From an uncultured bacterium (GTDB taxonomy: Bacteria; Babelota; Babeliae; Babelales; Babelaceae): 64,000 nucleotides of DNA. Of this stretch, positions 28,866 to 38,852 are shown one piece after another. Positions within the stretch are counted from its first letter, which is position 1; each line of letters starts with the position of its first letter. The notes below the pieces were generated by a model. That model saw nothing but the letters and a program-made list of their open reading frames with translations. It did no database searches and was not told the DNA's origin. The translations under genes and the position numbers were made by a program. The stretch covers positions 64,001 to 128,000 of the forward strand of contig CAWFXL010000001.1 in assembly GCA_963819815.1 (NCBI GenBank). Reading direction: 5' to 3'.

Positions 28866-31316
28866 CTATTTTGTCTTTTTTCGTGGCGCAGTTTTTGTCT
28901 GCTTTTTCTTATCTGTTTTCGTTGTCTGTTTTGATTTTGCTTTCTCTTCTTCTTTCTCCGAAGGGGCTTTTGTTTTAAAAGGATCTTTTATTAAGGCGAG
29001 CTTAAGCACTTCATCCATATTTTTTACGTAGATGATTTTCATATCTTTAAGTTCACCTATATCTGCAATTACCTCTTCAATGTCATCCTTGTTTTCATCA
29101 GGTACAAAGATCGTCTTAATGCCATGTTGTCGTGCAGCAAGAATCTTAGCTTTTAAGCCACCTACGCCAAGAACACGACCACGAAGGGTAATCTCCCCAG
29201 TCATCGCCATGTCAGGTCGTGTTGGATTCTTAGTAATTGCTGATACCAAAGCTAAGCACATTGTAATACCTGCAGAAGGGCCATCTTTTGGTGTAGCACC
29301 CTCTGGAATATGAACGTGAATATCTCTTGATGCATAGAAGGACTCTTTCAATCCAAGCGGGGTTGCTCGCGATCTTATATAACTAAGAGCAGCGTGAGCA
29401 GACTCTTGCATAACCTCACCAAGCTGGCCTGTAAGAGTTAACCCACCTTTACCAGGCAGTACGGTTGCTTCGATCTCAAGGATATCTCCTCCGACCTCAG
29501 TCCAGGCAAGACCGGTTGCAAGGCCGATACGTTCACCCGTATCAAGAGTTGTCTTTTTATAGCGAGGATGTCCAAGCCACTCTTTTAGAAGCTCGTCAGT
29601 TACCTTAACGCTGGTTACCTTCGGATCTTTTAAGAGGATCTGTATGCTCTTACGCATGAGCTTTGAAATGATACGTTCAAGTTGACGTACACCAGATTCT
29701 TTCGTGTATTCATTGATGATCTTATGTAAGAGTTCTGTAGGAAGCTTAAACTGAGTAGGCTTTAAGCCATACTCTTTCAAGTTTTTAGGAATCAAAAAAG
29801 ATTTTGCAATCTCCATCTTCTCAGCATCGGTGTATCCTGAGAGCATAATGCGCTCCATCCTATCATATAGAGGGAACGGAATGCCTTCAGTATGGTTTGC
29901 GGTAGCGATAAACATTACCTTAGAAAGGTCATACTCAAGCTCAAGAAAATGGTCTACAAACGATTTGTTTTGTTCGGGATCAAGCACCTCAAGTAATGCT
30001 GCTGCGGGATCTCCATGGAAGTCATTCGACATCTTGTCGATCTCGTCAAGTAAGATCACGGGGTTAGCAGATCCGGCTTTTTTAATAGCCTGGATAATCT
30101 TACCAGGTAGGGCACCAATATAGGTGCGCCGGTGACCACGTATCTCTGCTTCATCTTTTACACCACCAAGAGAGATCCGCACAAATTCACGGCCTAAGCT
30201 CTCTGCTATAGAATGGCCTAAGGACGTTTTGCCAACACCTGGAGGACCAATTAAACAGATGATAGGGGACCTTTGAAGCGATTTAGAGAACTTGCGAGCA
30301 GCAAGGAACTCAATAATACGCTCTTTTGCACGTTTTAATCCTGCATGGTTCTTGTTAAGAATCTTTTCTGCATCTTCAAGGCTTATTTTGTCTTGAGTTA
30401 CCTTATTCCAAGGTAATGAAATTATCCAATCAATGTAGTGCCTACTAACAACCGCCTCAGAGGATAGCGGGGGCATCTGCTCAAGACGCTTAAGCTCTTT
30501 ATTTACCTTATCAAGGGCTTCCTTAGGAAGACCAAGCTTTTTTACTTTGGAGCGAATAAGGGCAATATCTGATTGGGTGTCGTCGCGGCCAAGCTCTTTT
30601 TGAATTGCCTTCATCTGCTCAGTTAAATAGTATTCTCTTTGGCTCTTTTCAACCTGTTTTTGTACATTTCCGCGGATCCGTTCTTCAGTCTCTAGGATGT
30701 CTATTTCGCGCTGTAGAAAGGTGGATATCTTGGAGATACGAGCCTTAAGATCGGGAATCTCGATAATTTCCTGACGTTCTTCAAAGGACAAGTTAAGATG
30801 GACTGCGAGAGTATCGACAATGTTGTCCATATCTTCAGGACTTTTGACTGCAACCAGGAGCTCAGCGGGTATTTTTGTATTGTATTGGGCAAATGTAGCA
30901 TAGAGCACCTTGAGTTGTCTCCAAAGGGCTTCTAACTCAACGGTTTTATTTAAGCTTGTTGTAGGAAGGTCGACCGTTTCGACTGTAATGAAGTCATCAC
31001 ATTTTTCGGGCCTCACAATTTGTGAGCGGCAAATACCCTCTACAAGAATTTTAAGGGTGCCCTTAGGCATTCTCATAACCTGTAATATGGTTGACTTAGT
31101 CCCTATTTGGTAGACATCGTCTTCAGTAGGATGCTCAATTTCTGCATTTTTTTGAGCCGTAATAAACAGCTCTTTATTATGGCGCAAGGCATATTCTACC
31201 GCCGAGATTGAGGAAGATCTTCCTACAATGATCGGCAAAATGCTTTTGGGTAATATAACCACATTCTTAAGCGGTAAGAGAGCTAAGACTGCGGGATTTT
31301 TCTCGTTTTCTATCAT
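28866..31316 (-). CDS. lon: Lon protease with Lys-rich C-terminal tail
   Basis: [27 protein letters not shown]. Confidence 0.98.
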   Translation of the reverse strand: MIENEKNPAVLALLPLKNVVILPKSILPIIVGRSSSISAVEYALRHNKELFITAQKNAEIEHPTEDDVYQIGTKSTILQVMRMPKGTLKILVEGICRSQIVRPEKCDDFITVETVDLPTTSLNKTVELEALWRQLKVLYATFAQYNTKIPAELLVAVKSPEDMDNIVDTLAVHLNLSFEERQEIIEIPDLKARISKISTFLQREIDILETEERIRGNVQKQVEKSQREYYLTEQMKAIQKELGRDDTQSDIALIRSKVKKLGLPKEALDKVNKELKRLEQMPPLSSEAVVSRHYIDWIISLPWNKVTQDKISLEDAEKILNKNHAGLKRAKERIIEFLAARKFSKSLQRSPIICLIGPPGVGKTSLGHSIAESLGREFVRISLGGVKDEAEIRGHRRTYIGALPGKIIQAIKKAGSANPVILLDEIDKMSNDFHGDPAAALLEVLDPEQNKSFVDHFLELEYDLSKVMFIATANHTEGIPFPLYDRMERIMLSGYTDAEKMEIAKSFLIPKNLKEYGLKPTQFKLPTELLHKIINEYTKESGVRQLERIISKLMRKSIQILLKDPKVTSVKVTDELLKEWLGHPRYKKTTLDTGERIGLATGLAWTEVGGDILEIEATVLPGKGGLTLTGQLGEVMQESAHAALSYIRSRATPLGLKESFYASRDIHVHIPEGATPKDGPSAGITMCLALVSAITKNPTRPDMAMTGEITLRGRVLGVGGLKAKILAARQHGIKTIFVPDENKDDIEEVIADIGELKDMKIIYVKNMDEVLKLALIKDPFKTKAPSEKEEEKAKSKQTTKTDKKKQTKTAPRKKTK

Positions 31317-32029
31317 ACTAATTCCTGATTATGGCGCTTTTTTTAACTAATTCAGGACTAGGCCATTGGCTCTAGCCAATCTTTCTGTTGAAGTAAAATT
31401 TTACTCGCATCTTCGCATATTAGGATACTTTTAGCAATATTTTATACAAAGAATCTTCTTTCTATGTTATCAGAGACAATCAGATCTTAGTAGTGCTTGC
31501 AGAGCAAGAGTCCTTGATTGTACCCGAGAGATCAGCAAATATGCAGAGCAACTTCTTCAAAAACAGACTAACATTATTTTAGCATAAGTGACTAAGATTG
31601 TATAGTTTTCGCCAAAGGCTTTCTCTGGGGATCTAGAAAAGAATAAAAGGTGGCAAAGGCTTCAATAGTTGGAATCAGCGAGTGTTGAAATACTTCTGTT
31701 ATTCCTTCACGGGCTTCTATGGTGGGGTGTTTTTTTGTATACTTTGACAGATGGGGTGTTTTGTACCTAGATGTTAACCGTTCTTGGGGAAAATATCCTT
31801 GAATACGGTACGGCGGACTTTTTTTGTTCATTGGTTTCCTGGTCCTAATGCATCTTAAAAAATTTTTTTGGTTGAAACGTTCCGAACAATGCTGTTATTC
31901 TCCTGCAAGAGCCATTTTAGGGATCACGATGACCGGATTCCCCCTTTTTGAAGCATAAATCGGCAAGGTTGGTTTTGAAGTGTTCGGTTCAAGCTCCAGC
32001 TTTGTTCCTATGGATGGGTATTTTGGGAG

Positions 32030-32240
32030 TTTTTAAATTTTGGTCGGAGAAAAAGTGTCGATTAGGAAGGGGCTTTCGGCAAAAATAACCAAACGCAACC
32101 CCTCTTTCTTTTGGTTGGAATTGAGAAAGTTTTTATAATGGTTGACTCGATCAATTGATCGCAGTTTGGCCGAATTTTTTGTTGGAGGTTTTAATTGTTG
32201 ACGTTCCGACCAAAAGAAAATATACTTTCATTTGGTCGGA
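32030..32240 (+). repeat. ~210-bp direct repeat, copy 1 (upstream of the AAA ATPase)
   Basis: Colinear with 33424-33635, including an exact 27-mer AAAATAACCAAACGCAACCCCTCTTTC. Confidence 0.85.
32198..32240 (+). promoter_or_regulatory. Sigma70 promoter overlapped by an inverted-repeat operator
   Basis: TTGACG-N17-TATACT; TCCGACCAAA-N16-TTTGGTCGGA straddles the -10. Confidence 0.75.
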
Positions 32241-32260
32241 GGTGTGTGGAGGGATATGGT

Positions 32261-33403
32261 ATGATTCTAAGACAAATTTGGCTGGATAAAATATATGCAG
32301 CATGGAAAAAACGCTCAATCGTGTGGTTAGCTGGTGTGCGGCGATCTGGCAAAACGACACTCTGTAAGAGCATTGATAATATCGCATATTTTGATTGTGA
32401 TCTTCCTGAAGTGCGCAAAGACCTTTCTAATCCTACAGCCTTTCTTAGTTCGGTTAAATCCAACATTTTGGCTTTTGATGAAGTTCATAGACTTAAAGAT
32501 CCCTCACAATTTTTAAAGATTGCAGCAGACCATTATCCTGAGAAAAGAATCATTGCCACAGGATCTTCGACGTTGCACGCTATTAAGAAATTTAGTGATA
32601 CCTTAACAGGGCGAAAGATTGAGGTTCATTTGACGCCTTTGTTAGTGGAAGAGGGGGCTCTTTTTGGTATGGTTGATCTCGATCATAGGTTTCTTTTTGG
32701 AGGGTTGCCGCCTTTCTTTCTCAGTAAAGAATTACCTGATTATGAGTACCAAGAATGGATGACGTCATTTTGGGCAAAGGATATTCAAACGCTTTTTAGG
32801 GTCGCAAATAGGGATTCATTTCTAAAGTTTACAGAACTATTGCTCGCTCAAAGTGGCAGTTCATTCGAGGCTTCAAGATTTACAGATGTATGTGAGGTCA
32901 GCAGGCCCACTATAGTGAATTATCTTAAGATCTTAGAAACGTCTTATATTGCTCGAGTACTTCGGCCCTTTACGGGACGTAATACGGCTGGAGAAATAAA
33001 ATCTGCTCCTAAAGTATATGGCTTTGATACAGGATTTATTTGTCATATGAGGCATTGGAAGAGTTTGAAGGGATCTGATTATGGGCCGTTTTGGGAACAT
33101 CTTGTCTTAAATGAGCTTATTGGGCAATTGCAGTACGCAAAAATTTGCTACTGGAGAACAAAGTATGGTCATGAAATCGATTTTGTTATTCTAAAAGATC
33201 GAGACGAAGCTCCTATAGCAATAGAATGCAAATGGACATTCCGATCATTTAGTCCAGAAAATTTTAAAGCCTTTCGAAAGCTCTATCCCAAAGGCATGAA
33301 CTACGTCGTTGTTTCAGACATAGACGGTATTCTTGAAAGAAAGTATGATGATATAACTGTTCAATTCATGCCCATTGCAGATCTTGCAAAGACTTTAGCC
33401 TGA
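32261..33403 (+). CDS. AAA_14-type ATPase + wHTH + DUF4143-like PD-(D/E)XK domain (start re-assigned to MILRQI)
   Basis: GVRRSGKT, AFDEVH, ATGSS, VSRPTIVNYLKILE, KVYGFDTG, EIDFV...IECKW; GGAGG SD. Confidence 0.88.
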   Translation: MILRQIWLDKIYAAWKKRSIVWLAGVRRSGKTTLCKSIDNIAYFDCDLPEVRKDLSNPTAFLSSVKSNILAFDEVHRLKDPSQFLKIAADHYPEKRIIATGSSTLHAIKKFSDTLTGRKIEVHLTPLLVEEGALFGMVDLDHRFLFGGLPPFFLSKELPDYEYQEWMTSFWAKDIQTLFRVANRDSFLKFTELLLAQSGSSFEASRFTDVCEVSRPTIVNYLKILETSYIARVLRPFTGRNTAGEIKSAPKVYGFDTGFICHMRHWKSLKGSDYGPFWEHLVLNELIGQLQYAKICYWRTKYGHEIDFVILKDRDEAPIAIECKWTFRSFSPENFKAFRKLYPKGMNYVVVSDIDGILERKYDDITVQFMPIADLAKTLA

Positions 33404-33423
33404 TTTTTTAGGGTGTTTAAAGA

Positions 33424-33635
33424 TTTTTTAAATTTTGGTCGGAGGAAAGGTTGTGATCAAGAGGGCGCTTTCAGCGAAAATAACCAAACGCAACCCCTCT
33501 TTCCTTTGGTCGGATTTTGGAAGTTTTTCATAATAATTGACTTAATCAACTGATTCGCAACTTGCCCGAGTTTTTCATGGGAGTCTTAATTATAGGATGC
33601 TGCGACCAAAAGAAAGCATGTTTACGCTTGGTCGG
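33424..33635 (+). repeat. ~210-bp direct repeat, copy 2 (downstream of the AAA ATPase; promoter hexamers decayed)
   Basis: Aligns with 32030-32240. Confidence 0.85.
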
Positions 33636-33690
33636 TTATTTAGGCGGTCCTAAAGAAATCTCAGATAATCTCAATAACATGAATATTATC

Positions 33691-33927
33691 TCAGATTAGA
33701 GAATCTTCAGCGAGCGGTTTAATTAACTTAAAACGGGGCACTGCTTGACCATTCATCTCTACAGTCTCACTAAACATCTTAGCTGGACGTACCCAAAGAC
33801 TATAATCACCATAAAGAGTCTGATATACAACCATTTCTTCTAAGGTTTCCGAATGTCGGGCGAGTCCGATGACTCTGTAAACGTCTCCACGATAATGTTG
33901 ATAAAGGCCTAAAGAGAATTTTGTCAT
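33691..33927 (-). CDS. DUF1653-like small protein
   Basis: GLYQHYRG..Y.VIGLARHSET.E.MVVYQ.LYG...LWVRP..MF. Confidence 0.85.
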   Translation of the reverse strand: MTKFSLGLYQHYRGDVYRVIGLARHSETLEEMVVYQTLYGDYSLWVRPAKMFSETVEMNGQAVPRFKLIKPLAEDSLI

Positions 33928-34556
33928 TGTTTTTTATCATCCCTTGCGAGTGTTTCTAAGGAATTAAACTTGAGAGGAACGATGATCTTACCGGTCTTAT
34001 CAATCTTTCCCCATTTGCCACCAACTAACGAAAAAAACATCTCTTCCCGAGATTGATGGAAAGAACTGGAGCTTAATGGTAGGAAAGTTGGCTTTTGAGG
34101 ATACTCTGCATGGCATCCGATACTGACATTGGAAGTACCATTTTTAAATGGGCTGGCAAAATCAAACTCAGGTTTAATAACCACATGTCCCCGATGATCA
34201 TGAAAGCCAATCTTGCCCGTTTTGGGATCGATAAACCGAGTCAGACCTTCTTCATAATAATCTGGGCCGTTATCAAAAAAGACGCTTTCAAATTTAATTT
34301 TGCCATCTTGGGAAATCCTATAGGTAGTCCAATTTTTTAAAACACCCACGAGATATTCAGTCTCTTTGTTTTTAGGACTGAAGACCTCTTCAGTGGTGGC
34401 ATAGACAGCAGCAAATTGTGGCTTAATAACCACAATTCCCTGAGCATCTTTGAAACCCCACAGTTCTGTGGTTTCGTCATGATAGGCAACAAGTCCTGCT
34501 TCTGCTACAACCGGAGAAAGAAAGAGTAGTAAGAGGGCGATGGATGTTTTAAGCAT
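33924..34556 (-). CDS. Secreted WG (KWG)-repeat protein
   Basis: LWGFKDAQG.VVIKPQF, KIGFHD..GHVVIKPEFD, KWGKIDKTG.IIVP; signal peptide. Confidence 0.85.
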   Translation of the reverse strand: MLKTSIALLLLFLSPVVAEAGLVAYHDETTELWGFKDAQGIVVIKPQFAAVYATTEEVFSPKNKETEYLVGVLKNWTTYRISQDGKIKFESVFFDNGPDYYEEGLTRFIDPKTGKIGFHDHRGHVVIKPEFDFASPFKNGTSNVSIGCHAEYPQKPTFLPLSSSSFHQSREEMFFSLVGGKWGKIDKTGKIIVPLKFNSLETLARDDKKQ

Positions 34557-35101
34557 GTGAAACCTCTGCTAGTATTGTTATAAGCATATTTGATTAGAGT
34601 AGCATAGTTTTCTATCAGTATCTGTAAGTGTCCTCGAATGGTGCATTATAGCTAATATTATGTTAGTTTTCATGGTTAGTGATATTTTGTGCTTATATCA
34701 CGAACAAGCATAGCAAACTTACTTCCTTTGGGATAGTAGTATCGGACTAATCAATTGGCATTCTCCGCGGAACTGAAAGTGTCTTTATTGGAGATGGACG
34801 CATAATTAGGGGAGTCTTAGGGGCTCTTCGGAACAAAGTGCTTCTAAATCGATATTCTGGTTTGGACCGGATAAAATTCGCACTCTGTGATAAAAAGAAG
34901 TATACTGAGTTCCAAGGTTAAAACTCTTTTAGGTATGATGGAGCCAGGAGAAGAGCATTATGACGTGACAGGTTCTTTTTAGCGCGAAAGCGTTGCTTAA
35001 TGCATGATGTGGTCGTGCGCATATGCTTGATACGTAATAAACTTGTCAAGTAAAGGTGCTCTGACATAGGTATATATCATTAATCTAAAGGATCTTAGTA
35101 T

Positions 35102-36619
35102 ATGTTTGAATCTCTCTATCAATTATTAGAATTACCCATTAAATATTTGGGCCTTGCGGGAACGATCACGCTAGGCTTTGGTGTCATCTTTATAATCTTG
35201 AGTTTGATTTTCGGAGCTCGAAATGTTTTAAAGCCCATGTTTGGTGACTTTGAAACTGAAGAACTCAAAAAATTCATCCTTCTTGGTTTAATTTTTGGTC
35301 TCATTATTGGTATTTACTGGACCTTACGTCCTTTGAAAGATGCACTCTTTCAAGAAATCGTTGGCGGTGAATGGCAGCCTCGTGCTAAATGGCTCTCTTT
35401 AGTAGCTATTTTGCCTCTCGTTGTTATCTATAGCAAACTTGTTGAGATGTTGTCCCGTCAAAATCTTTTCTATGTCATGTCTGCTGCCTATGGTATAGCA
35501 ACTTTGATTTTGGCATGGTTCTTCTTCCATCCGACCTACGGGCTTGAAAATCTGCATGCAGATCCATCACGTCTTCTTGGGTGGGTGTGGTATGTGTTTG
35601 TTGAAAGCTTTGGCTCCTTGCTTGTAGCGCTCTTTTGGGCTTTCGCTACGGACATCACAAAAGCAGAATCGGCGAAGAAAGGATTTTTCTTGGTTGCAAT
35701 GTTTGGGCAGATCGGGGGCATATTTGGACCTCTGATGACCAAAATTCCAAAGATATATAATGTAAGCAATGCCTATCCGGTGGTTGCCTGTGGATTCTTA
35801 ATTTTGCTTATTATACCGCTTGTTTGGTTCTTTATGAGAACTGTTCCAGCGTCCCAGATGAAAGGGTTTGAGGGAACTGAGCCTAAAGACACTAAGCATG
35901 AGGCTGAGCCCGGGTTCTTCGAAGGCTTGAAGTTGATGGTCTCAAAACCTTACTTGTTAGGGATTTTTGGTATCATCTCCTTCTATGAAATTATTGTCAC
36001 CGTTTTTGACTATTACTTTAAACTCATGGCACAGGCCAACATTCTTGATAAAGCTGAAAAGCTTCACTTCTTGGGTGAATATGCACAGTTTGCAAACCTT
36101 GCCACCTTCGTGTGCTTGATATTTGGTATCAGCAACATTCAGCGCTACTTGGGTCTTACAGCATCTTTGGTGTTGATGCCTATGTTAGTTACCTGTGCTG
36201 TTGCGGTATTCAGGTTCTATCCAGCATTAACGCCTCTATTCTGGCTCATGGTTGCATCAAAAGCAGTAAACTATGCCTTAAATAGTCCTTCTATGAAACA
36301 GCTGTATATTCCTACAACTGAAGATGTTCGTTACAAGTCCCAGGCTTGGATTGAAACCTTTGGATCACGAGGATCTAAAGCAGGGGGATCAGCTATCACT
36401 GATCAGCATCAAAATGTAGTTATTGCAAATGGGCCTCAGTGGGCCGATAAGGCATTCAGAAAAGAGCATATGTTCCAACCAGAGGATCTTGGCTCATTCT
36501 GGTACATGGCAATTAGTTGCTATTTCTTCCTCGGTGTCCTTGCTGTGTGGGTATTTGTAGCCCTATACCTTGGTAGAACGTATCAAAAAGCTGTTGATAG
36601 TAACAAGGTTGTTTGCTAG
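35102..36619 (+). CDS. Nucleotide transporter (NTT/TLC ATP/ADP translocase family), copy 1
   Basis: YWTLRPLKD, LFWAFA, NYALNSP..QLYIPT..D.RYKS..WIE.FGSR.SK. Confidence 0.92.
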   Translation: MFESLYQLLELPIKYLGLAGTITLGFGVIFIILSLIFGARNVLKPMFGDFETEELKKFILLGLIFGLIIGIYWTLRPLKDALFQEIVGGEWQPRAKWLSLVAILPLVVIYSKLVEMLSRQNLFYVMSAAYGIATLILAWFFFHPTYGLENLHADPSRLLGWVWYVFVESFGSLLVALFWAFATDITKAESAKKGFFLVAMFGQIGGIFGPLMTKIPKIYNVSNAYPVVACGFLILLIIPLVWFFMRTVPASQMKGFEGTEPKDTKHEAEPGFFEGLKLMVSKPYLLGIFGIISFYEIIVTVFDYYFKLMAQANILDKAEKLHFLGEYAQFANLATFVCLIFGISNIQRYLGLTASLVLMPMLVTCAVAVFRFYPALTPLFWLMVASKAVNYALNSPSMKQLYIPTTEDVRYKSQAWIETFGSRGSKAGGSAITDQHQNVVIANGPQWADKAFRKEHMFQPEDLGSFWYMAISCYFFLGVLAVWVFVALYLGRTYQKAVDSNKVVC

Positions 36620-36637
36620 AGAGCTTAATGTGAATTT

Positions 36638-36716
36638 AAAAGACCTTTCTTCTTTGGCATTGTACGTAAGACAAGCGATGTGTGCGTTATCTGCCACGTG
36701 AAGAAAGGTCTTTTTT
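36638..36716 (+). terminator. Long hairpin with T tract between the two NTT genes
   Basis: AAAAGACCTTTCTTC / GAAGAAAGGTCTTTT 15-bp stem with inner TGGCA/TGCCA. Confidence 0.6.
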
Positions 36717-36755
36717 GTAGTAGACTGTATCTAAGATGGATGTTGACTGGGGGGA

Positions 36756-38303
36756 TTGTCGATGACAGCAAGGCTAAAGCGAAGTTTTAAGCGGTTGCTT
36801 AATGTTGATTCGCAGGAAGTGCAAAAAGTACTTCTATTGACTATTACGTTCTTCTTATTGATTGGTGCTTATACGGTAACAAGAGAGCTTAAGGATGTAG
36901 TGTTTGCAACCATTGTGGGAACAGACAAATACCTATTCGCTCTTGCTAAGATTTTCTCGATGCTTGTGCTTATTCCAGCTATATTTTTCCATTCGCGCTT
37001 AGTCGACCTTGTACGACGACATAATTTACTCTATTTCTATTCTATATTATTCACGATATTAGGGTTTGTGTTTGTGTATTATCTAGGGGACCCCGTTATT
37101 GGGCTTCCCAACGTTATCAGCGCGCCGAACCGTCTTTTTGGGTGGTTCTTCTATTTCTTTATTGAAGGATATTCACCCTTGGTTGTGAGCGTATTTTGGG
37201 CTTTTGCTAACTCAATTACCAAGCCTCAGGCTGCGAAAAACAACTATCCAGTAATGATAGCTGGCTCTAAGCTGGGAGGTATCATCTGCGCAACTATTGG
37301 TTGGTCGATACTGATTTCAGGCTCATGGTCAGATACAGTTAATCTACAGCTCTTGCTTGGCTATTCCACGATTATTTTAGGGCTTGTTCCTTTTGCGATC
37401 TATTACTTGGTCAATAAAGTTCCTAAATCAGAAATGCACGGTTATGAGGCTGGATACCAGCTTCGCCAAGAGGCCCGCAAACGGCATATCGTTGAGCAAC
37501 GGTCTGCTTTTCAGAGCATGTTCTCAGGCTTTTCGTTACTTTTTCAATATCCCTACGTCATGGGCATTTTTGGCATGACGTTCTTCTTTGAGATGGTTAT
37601 CCAGGCCCTCAAGGTAGAGAACATTATTTTTGTGAAAACGGTCTCAGCAAACAATCTATCCTTGTTTGCTTCGGTCTTATTGTGGCAGGCCATCTTAGTA
37701 CACGTCGTTGCTTTCGTAGTTGTGCTCTTCGGGACTCGAGCGATTATTACGGCTCTTGGTGAGCGGCGCTCATTAATGGTTATTCCCGCTGTTACAGGAC
37801 TCTCGGTGCTTGTGTTCCTCATAAGCCCTTCATATGCTACGGCAATCTTTGCTTTCGTGGTGACCCGTTCAATTAACTATGCGTTTGCAGCTCCGTTACG
37901 TGAAAGCCTGTACATTCCAACCATAAAAGAGATCCAGTTTAAATCAAAATCTTGGATCGATGGATTTGGAAGTAAGTTTGCAAAAACGTGCGCACAATCA
38001 TTTAACTGGTACACCAATGATCTATTTGGATCAGTACTGCTTATGGCGCAGACGAGCTATTTTGGTGTGGTAGTGTTTTTCTGGTTCCTTGCATCCTATG
38101 CTCTTGGATATCGCTTTGAAACAGCGGTTGCTAATAATGAAGTTATTGGGGCTGCAGAGCTTGAACCTGAACTTGAGGCTGCTCAAGGGGGTGAGCAACC
38201 ACTGCCAACCGATCTGGTACCAGTAAAAGAAGATTCAAAAGTCCCAAAGGACCCGAAGAACTTTAAGGATTCTTCCCATTCTTCATCTAATCGAATGCTT
38301 TAA
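36756..38303 (+). CDS. Nucleotide transporter (NTT/TLC family), copy 2 with acidic C-tail (start 36756 or 36762)
   Basis: YTVTRELKD, VFWAFAN, NYAFAAP.RESLYIPT..E..FKSKSWIDGFGSK. Confidence 0.9.
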   Translation: MSMTARLKRSFKRLLNVDSQEVQKVLLLTITFFLLIGAYTVTRELKDVVFATIVGTDKYLFALAKIFSMLVLIPAIFFHSRLVDLVRRHNLLYFYSILFTILGFVFVYYLGDPVIGLPNVISAPNRLFGWFFYFFIEGYSPLVVSVFWAFANSITKPQAAKNNYPVMIAGSKLGGIICATIGWSILISGSWSDTVNLQLLLGYSTIILGLVPFAIYYLVNKVPKSEMHGYEAGYQLRQEARKRHIVEQRSAFQSMFSGFSLLFQYPYVMGIFGMTFFFEMVIQALKVENIIFVKTVSANNLSLFASVLLWQAILVHVVAFVVVLFGTRAIITALGERRSLMVIPAVTGLSVLVFLISPSYATAIFAFVVTRSINYAFAAPLRESLYIPTIKEIQFKSKSWIDGFGSKFAKTCAQSFNWYTNDLFGSVLLMAQTSYFGVVVFFWFLASYALGYRFETAVANNEVIGAAELEPELEAAQGGEQPLPTDLVPVKEDSKVPKDPKNFKDSSHSSSNRML

Positions 38304-38317
38304 TCAGTACGCAAATC

Positions 38318-38355
38318 AGAGCCCCTTCACAGAGAAATTCTGCGAAGGGGCTTTA
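38318..38355 (+). terminator. Terminator after NTT copy 2
   Basis: AGCCCCTTC(A)CAGA...TCTG(C)GAAGGGGCT followed by TTATT. Confidence 0.75.
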
Positions 38356-38700
38356 TTCCTTTTGGTGGCTGATTGCAGGTGAGGATCACTGTACGTAGCG
38401 ATTCCTCACCGAATCAGTTGTAGTGGTAGTGGCTAAAGAAGAGAAGTTAGCCTATGACAGATGAGAATCTTCATTACTCTCAAAGCACATCATAGAATGG
38501 TGTCGCTTTCCCTTTGGCCATTATTACCATACTACAGGTGAGTTTCAAAAATCAAGGATTCTTGCGTTTTTGGTACTAATCGGCATCTTAGCCGCACTTT
38601 TTGAGTATACCAGGCTTACTCATGTACTTCGGCGAGGGTCTCTGGCGATAGGGGTGGTGGAGAGTTCTATGGCAGGAGTACTGGGCTGGCATTGTCGGTT

Positions 38701-38728
38701 TTGATATTTTCCAAGATTTTGGTACAAT
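38701..38728 (+). promoter_or_regulatory. rpsB promoter
   Basis: TTGATA-N16-TACAAT with TG extension. Confidence 0.55.
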
Positions 38729-38734
38729 TGGGGT

Positions 38735-38852
38735 ATGTGTAAATGCACGAAATGTGCGTATCTTATCACTTATTTTCCCAAATCAGGGTGGTTGAGGGCT
38801 TTTTCAAGTCAAGCCGGAAAATAATTGGAACATAACCCTGTGGAGTATCTAC
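38735..38852 (+). promoter_or_regulatory. rpsB 5' leader (S2-autoregulatory, t44-like structure)
   Basis: Stem TTATTTTCC/GGAAAATAA; bulged CAGGGT complementary to downstream CATAACCCTG. Confidence 0.65.

Noticed and set aside
31592..31831. 79-aa ORF in the lon-ATPase intergenic region
   Set aside because: No recognisable motif and no supporting context; cannot be supported as a gene.
32030..33635. Insertion sequence or composite transposon
   Set aside because: No transposase or recombinase, no terminal inverted repeats and no target-site duplication seen; kept only as a direct-repeat finding.
34560..35100. Possible riboswitch or ncRNA upstream of the NTT genes
   Set aside because: Only a tiny GCGC-GAAA-GCGT hairpin is visible; no recognisable aptamer consensus.
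38400..38700. Possible decayed membrane-protein gene between NTT2 and rpsB
   Set aside because: There is a short hydrophobic open stretch (LVLIGILAALFEY...) but no start, SD or recognisable family.
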